Shown here: piece after piece, positions 20,644 through 31,224 of the stretch | How positions within the stretch are numbered: position 1 is the first letter of the stretch | How the letters are laid out: each line of letters opens with the position of its first letter | Assembly: GCA_001029715.1 (NCBI GenBank) | Contig: CP011212.1 | Location: 769,066-833,065 of the forward strand | Direction: 5' to 3' | Source: a candidate division TM6 bacterium GW2011_GWF2_28_16 | Lineage (GTDB): Bacteria; Patescibacteriota; Microgenomatia; UBA1400; PJMF01 | Length of the DNA stretch: 64,000 nucleotides | The notes under the pieces: generated by a model | What the model was told of the DNA's origin: nothing | The model's input: the letters and a program-made list of their open reading frames with translations, nothing else | Databases searched by the model: none | Made by a program: the position numbers and the translations under genes

Positions 20644-21777
20644 CTAACTTACTAAGCAATACTTGCCCCATTTTTTGATAATTTTACCTTGTAATTCCAG
20701 ATCAAATAAGAGTTGATTTAATTCACTTTCAATAAAATTATTATTTTTCATGAGGTCATCGAAAGTTAATTCTGGATAAAAAGTTAGCTTTTCTAGTAAA
20801 GTTTTGCTCTTATCAGTCTCTTCTTGTTCATTTTTTACAGAATCGCAAAGCTGAAAATGATAGTCATCCGCGATTCCCTTTAAAACATCGCTAGCATTAT
20901 TAACCAAAGTCGCCCCCTGACTAATTAAAACTTTAGTTCCTTCACTAAAAGGATTAGTAATCGGCCCAGGAACAGCCATCACAATCCGTCCATAGTCGTT
21001 AGCATAATTTGCCGTGATATGTGAACCGCTACGTTTAGCTGCCTCAATTACCAAAGTTGCCTTGGATAAACCTGCCACAATGCGATTGCGCGTCACAAAA
21101 TTAGAAGCCTTAGCCAAAGTTTCTGGAGCAAATTCACTTAAAAAAATCGCTCCACGCTCCAGAAATTCTTGCATAATTTTTTTCTGACTTGATGGAAAAC
21201 AATGATCAAAACCAAAACCAAGTACTGCAATCGTCTGCCCACCATTCTTAAGAGCTATTTGGGCAGCAGCTAAATCGACCCCATACATAAAACCAGAAAC
21301 CACCACTCTTCCAGCCGAAACCAAAGGTGGAACAAGCTCTCTAATCACTAATTGACCATAAGCAGTCATTTTTCTCGTACCAACTATTGAAATTGTTTGA
21401 GCAAAAGCAACTTGCCAAGCCTTACTGCCAACCTTAAGCTGACTTTTGACAAATAAAACTGGTGGAAAATCTTCAGTTTCTAGCAAAAGTTGAGGGTAAG
21501 CTTTTTCCTCAAAAGTAAGTATTTGAACACCCGAAGCTTCTAAGCTTGAAAGATTGTCTAATAAATTATGTTCTTTTTTAAAATTTCTAATTGAATCAAT
21601 CGTCTTTTCAGAAAGCAACATTTCCTGCCAAATATGATCTTTATTGGCCAAAAATTCGCTATTTCTCAATCCTCTTTTTTGACAAACATTAAGAATTTTT
21701 AGTAAAGTTTTTGGACCAACACCACTGAAAGAAGTCAGAGCAAGTAAAAAAGCTTTGCGATTAATTGATTTTTTCAT
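20644..21777 (-). CDS. dprA: DNA-processing protein DprA
   Basis: IVGTRK.T.YG, VSGFMYGVD, RNRIVAGLS, EAAKRSGS and VPGPI motifs. Confidence 0.96.
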   Translation of the reverse strand: MKKSINRKAFLLALTSFSGVGPKTLLKILNVCQKRGLRNSEFLANKDHIWQEMLLSEKTIDSIRNFKKEHNLLDNLSSLEASGVQILTFEEKAYPQLLLETEDFPPVLFVKSQLKVGSKAWQVAFAQTISIVGTRKMTAYGQLVIRELVPPLVSAGRVVVSGFMYGVDLAAAQIALKNGGQTIAVLGFGFDHCFPSSQKKIMQEFLERGAIFLSEFAPETLAKASNFVTRNRIVAGLSKATLVIEAAKRSGSHITANYANDYGRIVMAVPGPITNPFSEGTKVLISQGATLVNNASDVLKGIADDYHFQLCDSVKNEQEETDKSKTLLEKLTFYPELTFDDLMKNNNFIESELNQLLFDLELQGKIIKKWGKYCLVS

Positions 21778-21833
21778 TCAGGAAATATTATGAGGGACCA
21801 AGTTTACAAGAAGTGTGATAAATTCCAAATCTT

Positions 21834-23639
21834 CTAAAACATCCAGTCTAAAACCTTGGCGATAACTGGGGCTGCGTCTTGAGAACCCTCACTAAAAATC
21901 TGATCTTCATTACTTTCAACTAGAACAGTTATCACTAATTTCTTTGGGAAACCGTTTTTCCTAACTAGCTCTGCCCATTCTGCTCTATTCGGCGAGATTT
22001 TTTCTTCATTTGTAATAGGCTCTAGTTCAGCATTAAGAATTTTTTCTTGATCGACACCAAGAATCGCTGTCATCCAGGCATGAGTTTTGCGATAGCCTTT
22101 CTCATCAGCTGCACCAAACTCTGCAGTACCAGTTTTACAAGCAATCATACCCTGATCAATTTTTTGACTATCTGAAAAATCCTCTTCAGATAAAGTCAAA
22201 GCTAGTTTAGTGTTATAAGGAAACAAAGGATAAGCTGTCCCACCTTGACTGCAAGCTCCTAACATTCCAGATAAAACAATTTCTAAATTCTTTTCATCTA
22301 TAGCTAAATCTCGACAATTTTGCTGACTAATTGGTAAAAGAGAACCCTGACAAAGAGTGCCCTGATTAGCGATCGCCTGCGTCATATTAGCAATTTGTAC
22401 TGGAGTCACCAAAAGATCTCCCTGACCAATTCCAAAATGATAAGTATTACCTAAATACCAACTCTCACCGAGCTCCGTTTCTTTCCATTTAGGATCAGGC
22501 ACTAAACCAGCAACTTCCTGACTTAGTTGCAAACCAGTCGGACTACCGAAACCAAAGAGCCGAGCATATTCCGCCAGTTTTGTTGGACCTAGCCATTCGG
22601 CTGCTTTATAGAAAAAGATGTCATTGCTACGAGCTAAAGCCCTTTCAACACTGATCGCTCCTTCAGTTCTACCATACTGAGTAAAATACCAGTTAGCATA
22701 CTCAAAATCACCAACTTTTAGTGTTCCATTATCCTCAATGATAGTGTTTTCATCGATTGCTCCTTCTTGCAAAGCTCCAATGGCCGTCACAAGTTTAAAA
22801 ATCGACCCAGGAGGATAAGCTCCAGCGACGCTTCTGTTAAAAAAAACTTTATTTTCATCACTAAGATATTCCTTAATTTTAGACATGCTTTCGCTAGAAT
22901 CACGTTTATAAAGGCTATTGATAAAATTTTCCTCAAAAACATTGGCGTCAAAACTTGGACTACTAATTAAAGTCAAAATTTCTCCATTGCTAGCATCCAT
23001 AATTACCACTGCTCCTTTTTTACCAGCCATTGTTTGATAAGCAAGCTCGCTTAAATAGGGGTCAAGAGAAGTTTGGATATTAGAGCTATAAACAGGCGCA
23101 GTATAGGAAACCAGACGTTGCTTTTGACCAAGGGCGTTAGTTTCAAATTTAGATAAGGCAGGTTCTGACTGTAAATTCTTATCAAAAAATTGTTCTAAAC
23201 CCATCCTGCCAATGCGATTGGAGATTGGCAAACTGAAATCTTTTTTTAAATCATTCTCTGTCACTGGCGAAATGTATCCAAGAACTGAAGATAAAGACTC
23301 TTTATATGGGTAAACTCTATTAAATTCATAACCAAGATTGGCACTATCAGTAGCTAATAAACCCAAAGCTTCTTCTTTTGCTAAAAATTCCTTATCACTA
23401 TAAAGTTGGTCTTTTTTAAGATACTTAAAATACTGCTTCTCATTTCTAACTAAAGCTTGACCATAGCGATCCAAAAAAACTGCTCTCTCTGCTGGATTCT
23501 TTTTGGTAAAATAGCGATTATTTTCAGCTAAAGTGAAAAAATGCTCTCCGTTTACAATCTCCACATCCAACAAACGAATTAATAAAAGACTAAAAACCAT
23601 TAATAAACAAGAAAACAGCAATAAAAATTTAAGACGCAT
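21834..23639 (-). CDS. mrdA: Penicillin-binding protein 2 (class B)
   Basis: PPGSIFK (SxxK), SND, IGQG and KTGT motifs; N-terminal TM; follows mreC/mreD. Confidence 0.92.
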   Translation of the reverse strand: MRLKFLLLFSCLLMVFSLLLIRLLDVEIVNGEHFFTLAENNRYFTKKNPAERAVFLDRYGQALVRNEKQYFKYLKKDQLYSDKEFLAKEEALGLLATDSANLGYEFNRVYPYKESLSSVLGYISPVTENDLKKDFSLPISNRIGRMGLEQFFDKNLQSEPALSKFETNALGQKQRLVSYTAPVYSSNIQTSLDPYLSELAYQTMAGKKGAVVIMDASNGEILTLISSPSFDANVFEENFINSLYKRDSSESMSKIKEYLSDENKVFFNRSVAGAYPPGSIFKLVTAIGALQEGAIDENTIIEDNGTLKVGDFEYANWYFTQYGRTEGAISVERALARSNDIFFYKAAEWLGPTKLAEYARLFGFGSPTGLQLSQEVAGLVPDPKWKETELGESWYLGNTYHFGIGQGDLLVTPVQIANMTQAIANQGTLCQGSLLPISQQNCRDLAIDEKNLEIVLSGMLGACSQGGTAYPLFPYNTKLALTLSEEDFSDSQKIDQGMIACKTGTAEFGAADEKGYRKTHAWMTAILGVDQEKILNAELEPITNEEKISPNRAEWAELVRKNGFPKKLVITVLVESNEDQIFSEGSQDAAPVIAKVLDWMF

Positions 23640-24012
23640 ATTTTTTAAAATTGCTTTTGTAAAAATAAAAAAAGAAAAACGGCAAATGGACTAAATAAAA
23701 ATAATTAAGCTGTAGATTTCCAAGTTTAAAAATCAGTAAATTTAAACAAACAAAAATGAATGATTCCCAAAAAAGCTTGTCGGCAAATTTTTGTGAAGCG
23801 ATATGAAAAATCAATAATAAAAAAGCCAAGAGAGGCCAAGATAAACTATAAAAAATAGCTAGGGAAAAAGCTATTGCGATCAGCGCCAACAAGGCAAATT
23901 TATCACTGCGACGACTGATTAAACTATAAGAAAGATATAGAAAGAAAATTGGCAAACCGATGGTTGATTCCAAACTCAAAATTACTAGTAAAAAAACAGC
24001 ACTGATGATCAT
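23629..24012 (-). CDS. mreD: Membrane protein in the MreD position
   Basis: Highly hydrophobic 127 aa between mreC and pbp2; assigned by synteny only. Confidence 0.55.
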   Translation of the reverse strand: MIISAVFLLVILSLESTIGLPIFFLYLSYSLISRRSDKFALLALIAIAFSLAIFYSLSWPLLAFLLLIFHIASQKFADKLFWESFIFVCLNLLIFKLGNLQLNYFYLVHLPFFFFYFYKSNFKKYAS

Positions 24013-24774
24013 TTATTTAATCTCCACTAAACTAACTTCATAAAAATTAGCCATTTGTTCAATCAGAGCAGTTTTAGTAGCCAAGGCCTGATTATCTGCT
24101 AAAACTCTTACTACTTTACCTATTAAAAGACCCTTTTCCAAACCAAACTGTGAAGAAGTAAAGACCAATTGTCCAACTTCTAATTGAGCATCACTGGCAA
24201 TTTCGCTCAAAAAAACTTCACGACCATTGCCTTTGACAACACCCTTTAAGCCCGTGTTCGTCTCTGCCAAAATTGCTGAATCAGTCATTTGTGATAAAAG
24301 CATTACGCTAGACTGTCTTTCTTCAACTTGGTCAATTAAGCCAAGCAAAGTGTCTTTGTATAGAACAACTGACTTAGGTCTCACCCCATCCCGACTGCCG
24401 GCAGCAACAAAACTTTGAGCAAAAGAAATCACTGGCGCTGCAATGATCACTTCTTTATAAGAGCGGTCACTATTTTCCAAAATTTTACGTAATTCTTGAT
24501 TCTCTTTTTGCAAAGCATTGGTTTGCACGGCAACAGCTGCTATTTCGCTATAACGATATTGTAAGTCTTCAAGTTTGCTCGTTAGTTGCCACATCATCAA
24601 TAATCTCTTAAATGGATGAGCCACTTTTTGCAAAAGAATGTAGTTTTTTTCTTTCCAGCTATTAGCTGCGTTGTTTAACAAAGAAAGATTTAAAAGCTTG
24701 AGAAATTGCAAGAAAAATAGAATAAAAACAATAAAAAAAGCTAATAAATATTGTTTGTATTTTTCATTTAGCAT
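24013..24774 (-). CDS. mreC: Rod shape-determining protein MreC
   Basis: TM, coiled coil (LQKENQELRKIL), GSRDGV, G.VKGNG and GLLIGKV motifs. Confidence 0.88.
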   Translation of the reverse strand: MLNEKYKQYLLAFFIVFILFFLQFLKLLNLSLLNNAANSWKEKNYILLQKVAHPFKRLLMMWQLTSKLEDLQYRYSEIAAVAVQTNALQKENQELRKILENSDRSYKEVIIAAPVISFAQSFVAAGSRDGVRPKSVVLYKDTLLGLIDQVEERQSSVMLLSQMTDSAILAETNTGLKGVVKGNGREVFLSEIASDAQLEVGQLVFTSSQFGLEKGLLIGKVVRVLADNQALATKTALIEQMANFYEVSLVEIK

Positions 24775-25409
24775 AGATTTTCTATTTCTATGGCCTCTAG
24801 CTTCAAATATTTGGCTAAATCTAGCGAATCTGGCTTCTCAGCCAGATTATTGGTGAAAAAATAAAAGCAATCGGGCTGTTCAAATTCAAATTTTTCTCTG
24901 GCTCTCTTAAAAAATATTTTGCTTGAAAAAGCTAAATTGCGTAAAGAAACCCTTTCATAAGACAAAAGTTTCTCCTGATCAAATAAACTCAATTCTACAC
25001 AATCATTAAAAAAACTAATCAAAAATTTTATCTTAGAAAAGTTTCTCTTTTGCATTAAATAAAAATTATAGAAAAAGTGACGATCAACAAAAAATGTTTT
25101 CTTCAAAAAAGGAACAACAGCCTTAATAGCTTTTTTTTCTAATTCACTATAACCTGGAGCTAATAAAAAAACCAAAGAATAGTTCTCCAAATCGAACCTC
25201 CTAAGATTTTGACTTAAAATTTTTTGCAAAGCCAAGTCGTCTGCTAAAAAGTTGACTTGGCAAACTTGATTTGTGTAAATACTCTTTAGTAAAGTTAGAT
25301 TACTAAAATCAATTGAAGCTAAATCCCTGACATCCTTGGCTAAATAAAAAGACAGACCACTGCTACTTAAATCAACCAACAGGAGATGCTTAAAATCCAA
25401 GAAATTCAT
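24768..25409 (-). CDS. Degenerate, truncated MreB-like protein
   Basis: LLVDLSSSG resembles IDLGT; FLLAPGYSELEKKAI resembles VPSGITEVERRAV; directly upstream of mreC. Confidence 0.6.
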   Translation of the reverse strand: MNFLDFKHLLLVDLSSSGLSFYLAKDVRDLASIDFSNLTLLKSIYTNQVCQVNFLADDLALQKILSQNLRRFDLENYSLVFLLAPGYSELEKKAIKAVVPFLKKTFFVDRHFFYNFYLMQKRNFSKIKFLISFFNDCVELSLFDQEKLLSYERVSLRNLAFSSKIFFKRAREKFEFEQPDCFYFFTNNLAEKPDSLDLAKYLKLEAIEIENLC

Positions 25410-25439
25410 AGTGATCCAATCAAGGGCAGTAAAGCTAGC

Positions 25440-26381
25440 TTAACTCAATTGGTTTAGTAATGAAACGGCTGATTTCCAACGATTTTGACTAATTAGATCC
25501 TCCGCCTCTTTAACTTTATCTAAAGTAGCTTGATCAGCTCCATCTTTTGTTTTACTAAGTCGCTCCGCCAACATTTCTGACTTAAGCTCCAAAGCTTTCT
25601 CATATAAGACTTCATCTAAATCTGGAATTAATTTATCTAAGTAAGCGATTAATGCTTCTTTTTTCTCATCATCTTGGTCTGGCTTATCTAGAATTTCTCG
25701 TGCACCAGCATATTCTTCACTAGTCAGCAATAATTCTAGATCATGCACCACAAAATCATCCCAAATCATCGATTCTAATTCATCTAAAAATTGATTTTTT
25801 TCTTCATCTGAAATCTTAGTTAAACCAAGCATTTCAAAAATATTTTGTGACTTGAGCTCTTCTGCCGTTGGCTCTTCTGAGGCTGAAAATGTCTCTGAGC
25901 TAAGTTCACTGCCCTGCTCAGGCATGTCTTCTCTATCATCTTCTAAATCAGTAGCAGAACGATTTTTTCTAAAGTCATCAGCAAAATCTTCTGGATCTGG
26001 AAAATCCTCTATCACCTCATCACTTGTTGGCTCTTTGCTAGCAGTAGGAGTCATCTCTGATATTTCTCCCGGTTCGTTTCTTTTACTTTCCTGATCAATT
26101 TTCTTTTCTAAATCTGACAAAAAGCCATCAAAGTCAAATTTTTCATCTGAAGTTGCAGGACTGGGATATTCAACAGTTTCCTCTTTTTTAAGCACTTCAT
26201 TCCCACTAGAAACTGGTTTTTCATCTAGATCTTTGGACAATCTGTCCAGTTCTGCTAGAAGCTGATCAATTTCAGCATTACTTTGAGCTGGTTGAGCCGA
26301 TTGGTCTGAAGAGTTTGAGCTAGACTGTGGTTGTGACACACTAGCACTTTGGTTTATATTATCATCTTGTATCTGGATCAT
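25440..26381 (-). CDS. Acidic, largely disordered hypothetical protein with a helical C-terminal domain
   Basis: Very D/E-rich; C-terminal NIFEMLGL..EEKNQFL..IPDLDEV resembles DUF5663-type domains. Confidence 0.75.
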   Translation of the reverse strand: MIQIQDDNINQSASVSQPQSSSNSSDQSAQPAQSNAEIDQLLAELDRLSKDLDEKPVSSGNEVLKKEETVEYPSPATSDEKFDFDGFLSDLEKKIDQESKRNEPGEISEMTPTASKEPTSDEVIEDFPDPEDFADDFRKNRSATDLEDDREDMPEQGSELSSETFSASEEPTAEELKSQNIFEMLGLTKISDEEKNQFLDELESMIWDDFVVHDLELLLTSEEYAGAREILDKPDQDDEKKEALIAYLDKLIPDLDEVLYEKALELKSEMLAERLSKTKDGADQATLDKVKEAEDLISQNRWKSAVSLLNQLS

Positions 26382-26467
26382 AGGCAGGTTCCATATATAC
26401 TAAAATACTGTACAATTTCAATTTAACATAGCTAAAACAAAAAAATAAGAGCCTGTTAGTTTTTTAT

Positions 26468-28600
26468 ATGCAAATTAATCGTTCAAAAATTTCTGAACTA
26501 CTACAAAAACTAATTTTTGTTACTTTTAACCTACTATTTTTCCTTACTCCCTTTATTTTTACTTGGATGAACCAAGAACTATTTGAGTTTAGTAAAATGC
26601 TGTTTGTTTATTTACTAACAACTATCATAGCGGCTCTATGGCTAACAAGAATGGTGGTGACACAAAAACTAATTTTCAAAAGAAGTAAATTAGATTATTT
26701 CCTTTTAGCATTTCTCGTTTCTCAAGTAATTTCGACTCTTTTCTCGCTCCACCCGCGCACTTCTTGGTTTGGCTATTACACTAGGTTTAATGGTGGACTA
26801 CTTTCAACAATTACTTACATTACTCTTTTTTATGCTTTTGTTTCGAACATTAAAAAAACCCAACTAAAAGCTATTTACAGCAGTCTTTTTCTCTCTGCCT
26901 TAATCATCAGCTTGTACGCTATTCCAGAGCATTTTGCTCATTCCCCTAGTTGCTGGCTAATTACTCAAAAATTCGACACCAATTGCTGGTCGGATAACAA
27001 CAATCCTCGTTTTAGAGTCTTTGCTACCTTTGGCCAACCAAATTGGCTAGCAGCTTTTTTAATCACTATTATTCCTCTTAACATTGATTCTCTTTTGAAA
27101 AAAAAGAAGTGGCTAGATCGACTTTACTTAATACTCGTGCTTGGTGCCAGCACTTTGGCGCTTTTGTTTACTAAATCCAGGTCAGGATTACTTGGATTGG
27201 GAGTTGCTTTAGTTTTTTATGCATTTTGGAAAATTTTACTGAATAAAAAAGAAAGATTAAACAATTTTCTCAAATTAAGTGGAGTTGCACTGATAATCCT
27301 ACTGATTTCTCTCTTCACGGGCACTCCTTTTACACCTAAATTAAGCGATCTATTGCAAGGAAAAACCAATATTAGTGAAGCCACTCCTGTAGCAGAAACT
27401 CAAGCAGGCGGCACTCCATCAGAGGAAATCAGAAAAATAGTCTGGCAAGGTGCCATTAAGATTTGGCAACGTTATCCTATCTTTGGATCTGGAGTAGAAA
27501 CTTTTGCTTATAGCTATTATCTAGATCGACCGCTGGCTCATAACTTAGTCTCTGAGTGGGACTTCCTCTATAACAAAGCCCACAATGAATTGCTCAATTT
27601 CTTGGCTAATTCAGGCCTAGTTGGCTTAGTTAGCTATCTAACTCTTTTTGTCATGATTTTTTATCTTGGCTTGAAACAGTTTCTGAACAATAAAAAAGAT
27701 AGTCGATCTTTAGCTATTCTTGCAGGTCTCTTGGCAATGTTTATTTCTAACTTTTTCGGTTTTTCTACGGTGATGAGCAATTTGCTCTTATTCGGCCTAT
27801 TTGCCATCGTCATCATGAATGAGAAAAATGAAAAAAATGAAAAATTAGCTACTATAGAAAATATTGATAAAACAGAGAAAATTAATAACATTGAATACTT
27901 TCTTTATGCTTTAATTGGACTCGGCGCAATTCTTACAAGCAGTAAGGTTTGGCACATTTGGCAAGCTGATTATTTGTTTACTCAGGGTCAAAATACTTTT
28001 GAGCAAGGCTTATATCCATCAGGACTAAGTACAATTCAAGAAGCCATTAAGAAATCACCTAAAGAAGCTTTTTTTTATGATGAACTAGCTGGAGATCTTG
28101 CACAATGGAGCATCGTTACTGCTAAAAATGGTCAATCTACAGCCAGTGCTCAACTTGCTCAGAAAGCCATTGAAAGTAATAGCTATGCTTTAGAACTAAA
28201 TCCTGTTCATCTTAATTTTTATAAGAGCCAAGCCAGAATTTATATTCGTCTCGCTCAACTCGATTCGAGACTCTACTCTTATGCAGAGCAAGCTCTCAAA
28301 AAAGCCATCACTCTTTCACCAACAGACGCCAAACTTTATTACAACCTAGGCTTAGTGTTGGAGGTTTTAGGCAAAGATGAAGAAGCTTTACAAAACATGG
28401 AATATGCCATCGAAATTAAGAGTAATTATTTGCAAGCTAGAGATGAATTAGCTCGCATATATTTCGGTCAAGGAGAGCTAGAAAAAGCCAAAGGACAATA
28501 TCTCTACAGTTTAGAAAATATCGCTCCTGATGATGAGCTCGTCAAAGAAAAATTGGCAATTGTAGAGGCTAGCTTGAGCGCAAAAATCAAAAAAAACTGA
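26468..28600 (+). CDS. O-antigen ligase/oligosaccharyltransferase (Wzy_C) with C-terminal TPR repeats
   Basis: RVFATFGQPNWLA, TKSRSG, R..VW, PIFGSG and AHNE motifs; many TMs; TPRs. Confidence 0.9.
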   Translation: MQINRSKISELLQKLIFVTFNLLFFLTPFIFTWMNQELFEFSKMLFVYLLTTIIAALWLTRMVVTQKLIFKRSKLDYFLLAFLVSQVISTLFSLHPRTSWFGYYTRFNGGLLSTITYITLFYAFVSNIKKTQLKAIYSSLFLSALIISLYAIPEHFAHSPSCWLITQKFDTNCWSDNNNPRFRVFATFGQPNWLAAFLITIIPLNIDSLLKKKKWLDRLYLILVLGASTLALLFTKSRSGLLGLGVALVFYAFWKILLNKKERLNNFLKLSGVALIILLISLFTGTPFTPKLSDLLQGKTNISEATPVAETQAGGTPSEEIRKIVWQGAIKIWQRYPIFGSGVETFAYSYYLDRPLAHNLVSEWDFLYNKAHNELLNFLANSGLVGLVSYLTLFVMIFYLGLKQFLNNKKDSRSLAILAGLLAMFISNFFGFSTVMSNLLLFGLFAIVIMNEKNEKNEKLATIENIDKTEKINNIEYFLYALIGLGAILTSSKVWHIWQADYLFTQGQNTFEQGLYPSGLSTIQEAIKKSPKEAFFYDELAGDLAQWSIVTAKNGQSTASAQLAQKAIESNSYALELNPVHLNFYKSQARIYIRLAQLDSRLYSYAEQALKKAITLSPTDAKLYYNLGLVLEVLGKDEEALQNMEYAIEIKSNYLQARDELARIYFGQGELEKAKGQYLYSLENIAPDDELVKEKLAIVEASLSAKIKKN

Positions 28601-28628
28601 TCTTGTTATATAATAGACTGATAAGAAA

Positions 28629-29231
28629 ATGAAAATTATTAGTGCCCCACATCCAACACTGCGTCAAAAAGCCAAAGAGGTAACTATTTTTGATAAGAAA
28701 TTCTTTAATTTTTTGGAAGAACTGGCAGATACACTCGTTAAGAAAGAAAAGCCCAGTGGCGTCGGTCTAGCCGCTCCACAAGTCAATAAATCTCTTAAAG
28801 TTTTCGCTGCAGTACTTGGAGAAAAAAATCAAGAAAGTGAAAAGCCTCAAATTGAGTTCTTCATTAATCCAAAAATTACTAAACATAGTAACGAGAAGAT
28901 CTTGGGCTTAATTGATGGCTCAGAACGTTTTGAGGGCTGTTTGTCAGTGCCAATGCTCTATGGACCAGTGCCTCGTTTTACTTGGGTAGAAGTTGAGTAT
29001 CAGAGCTTAACTCTTGCTGATTTATTAAAAAATAAAACCAATTCTAGAATTAAAAACAAGCGCACTCGCTTCGAAAATTTTGACGCTCGAGTAATTCAGC
29101 ATGAATACGATCATCTAGAAGGAATTCTTTTTACTGACCATATTCTACAAAATGAACTACCCATTTACCTCGAAAAAAATAATGAATGGGTGGAAGTAAA
29201 AAATAGTAAAAAGATTCTCGAGTTACTTTAA
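28629..29231 (+). CDS. def: Peptide deformylase
   Basis: GVGLAAPQ, EGCLS and QHEYDHLEG motifs. Confidence 0.97.
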   Translation: MKIISAPHPTLRQKAKEVTIFDKKFFNFLEELADTLVKKEKPSGVGLAAPQVNKSLKVFAAVLGEKNQESEKPQIEFFINPKITKHSNEKILGLIDGSERFEGCLSVPMLYGPVPRFTWVEVEYQSLTLADLLKNKTNSRIKNKRTRFENFDARVIQHEYDHLEGILFTDHILQNELPIYLEKNNEWVEVKNSKKILELL

Positions 29232-29266
29232 TTCAGTTGGTCGCTGATCTAGATCGGCACAAAAAA

Positions 29267-30241
29267 ATGAAATACACCATCGCCATTGCTGGCTCCACTA
29301 AAAATACCGTTTTGATGGCCGAGACTCTGCTTAAAGACTCACGTTTCGAAATTATAGCCACTATTTCCCCTACAGCAAAATTAATTGGTCGCAAACAAAT
29401 TCTCACTAAAAATCCCCTACAAATCTGGTCTGAAGAACATAAATTACCAACTTTTTTGGTGAAAAAAAAACTTGAAGAAATAAGTTTTAGTGAAATAAAG
29501 TCAATAGATTTTTTGTTAGTAGTCGATTTCGGTTATTTGATTCCAGAATGGCTCCTCAAATTGCCAAAAATTGCTCCACTCAATGTTCACCCTTCGCTTT
29601 TACCAAAATGGCGCGGTAGCTCACCTGGTCAGTTTGCTCTACTCTTCCAAGATTTGGACAGAAATGGCAAGCAGTCGGCAACAACTTTAATGATCATGAG
29701 CCAAGGCTTGGATGAGGGACCGATTTTAGCTCAGCTAGATTTTCAATTAGAAGAAGATTGGACACAAATCGAATATTATGAAACTGCTTTTAACCTAATG
29801 GGTGAAAAACTGGCGGATTTAATCAGCGATTTCGCAGAAGGGAAAATTTCGGCGCAAAATCAGGCAGAAAAAAGCCCTACTATGATTGCGCGCAGACTTA
29901 ACAAAGAAGATAGTTTTATAGATTTTGAGAGTTTAAAAAAAATGATGGCAGCAGATTCTGGCTCGGAAAAAATCTCCAGCAAAAATCAGGAAAAAGCCTT
30001 ACTAAGAAATTTACTAAGCGAGCAACAAAGCAGAGCTGAGCAAATAAACTTAGTCATCAACGCTAGCAAAGCTTTTTCTCCTTGGCCAGCTTTGTGGACC
30101 ATGGTTAAAACCAGTAAAGGCGAACAAAGAATGCGAATTTTCTCCTGTCACTTGGCAGTAAATAAACTAGTTTTGGATCAAATCCAAATCGAAGGTAAAA
30201 ATCCCTGTCTATTTAACGAGTGTAAAAATGCGCTAATTTAA
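29267..30241 (+). CDS. fmt: Methionyl-tRNA formyltransferase (likely start 29267)
   Basis: NVHPSLLPKWRGSSP, LDEGPI and AFSPWP motifs; follows def. Confidence 0.93.
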   Translation: MKYTIAIAGSTKNTVLMAETLLKDSRFEIIATISPTAKLIGRKQILTKNPLQIWSEEHKLPTFLVKKKLEEISFSEIKSIDFLLVVDFGYLIPEWLLKLPKIAPLNVHPSLLPKWRGSSPGQFALLFQDLDRNGKQSATTLMIMSQGLDEGPILAQLDFQLEEDWTQIEYYETAFNLMGEKLADLISDFAEGKISAQNQAEKSPTMIARRLNKEDSFIDFESLKKMMAADSGSEKISSKNQEKALLRNLLSEQQSRAEQINLVINASKAFSPWPALWTMVKTSKGEQRMRIFSCHLAVNKLVLDQIQIEGKNPCLFNECKNALI

Positions 30242-30255
30242 TTGATCAATTAAAT

Positions 30256-30489
30256 TTAAACGGCTTTTTTGAAGTGAGTGGTGATACCCAATTTTTTGAG
30301 TTGTTTAAGTACTCTGCTTGGAACTTTGACTTTTTTCTTGATACCGTCAATAAGAACAGTAGCTGAGTGCAAATTGTACTTAAATGATCTTCTGGTACGA
30401 TTCTTGGCGTGAGAAACGTTATGACCGTAACCGGCAACTCTAGGATATTTGTGTAGATTAACTTTCATAAGAGAGAGTGATTTTACCAT
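30256..30489 (-). CDS. rpmB: 50S ribosomal protein L28 (no Zn ligands; start may be 30468)
   Basis: GHNVSHAKNRTRRSFKYNL motif. Confidence 0.92.
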   Translation of the reverse strand: MVKSLSLMKVNLHKYPRVAGYGHNVSHAKNRTRRSFKYNLHSATVLIDGIKKKVKVPSRVLKQLKKLGITTHFKKAV

Positions 30490-30548
30490 ATGAAGAAAAA
30501 AATGTGCAGAGGAAGAAAATATTCTTAAAATGGTAGAATAGAATTCCT

Positions 30549-31166
30549 ATGCTCAATCTCCTCCTTCAAAATCCGATCGCTTTCATCATTTTCATGGCTG
30601 GTTTGTTGATGTCGATCAGCATTCACGAGTTTACTCACTGTTTCGTAACTGATAAGCTCGGCGATCCTACCCCACGTATTAAAGGTCGATTAACTCTCAA
30701 TCCCCTCGCCCATCTTGATCCGATTGGTACTTTGGCAATTATTCTGACTGGATTTGGTTGGGGCAAAGCAGCCCCTTACGATCCTTACAATCTCAAAGAA
30801 CCAGTGCGCGACGCTGCTTTAATTGCGGCGGCTGGTCCAGCTAGTAATTTGATCATCGCTACTTTGCTATCTGTTTTAATAAAATTCGGTATTGGTGGCG
30901 AATTCGTAGCTCTTTTTGCCAGTCAATTGATTTTTATCAATATTGCTTTGGCTCTTTTTAATCTTTTACCTGTTTATCCTTTGGATGGTGGCAAAATTAT
31001 GCATGCTGTACTGCCTTATCAGGCCAGTTTAGAGTATGAAGACATCATGAGCCGTTATGGCACCATTATTTTAATCATGATGGTTTTTCCTTGGGTAGGC
31101 GGACAATCAGCGGTTAGCGCCCTGCTCTCTCCAGTGATTGATGTTTTACTGAAAATTTTTCTTTAA
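30549..31166 (+). CDS. Site-2 protease, M50 family
   Basis: HEFTH, GDPTP..GRLTLNP and FNLLPVYPLDGG motifs. Confidence 0.95.
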   Translation: MLNLLLQNPIAFIIFMAGLLMSISIHEFTHCFVTDKLGDPTPRIKGRLTLNPLAHLDPIGTLAIILTGFGWGKAAPYDPYNLKEPVRDAALIAAAGPASNLIIATLLSVLIKFGIGGEFVALFASQLIFINIALALFNLLPVYPLDGGKIMHAVLPYQASLEYEDIMSRYGTIILIMMVFPWVGGQSAVSALLSPVIDVLLKIFL

Positions 31167-31194
31167 AAGCTAGAAATGGGAGAATAAAAGAAAT

Positions 31195-31217
31195 GAGCCG
31201 GCTTTTTAGGCCGGCTC
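31195..31217. terminator. Intrinsic terminator between convergent genes
   Basis: GAGCCGGC-TTTTTAG-GCCGGCTC hairpin; a near-identical copy lies at 33047-33067. Confidence 0.7.
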
Positions 31218-31224
31218 AAAATCC

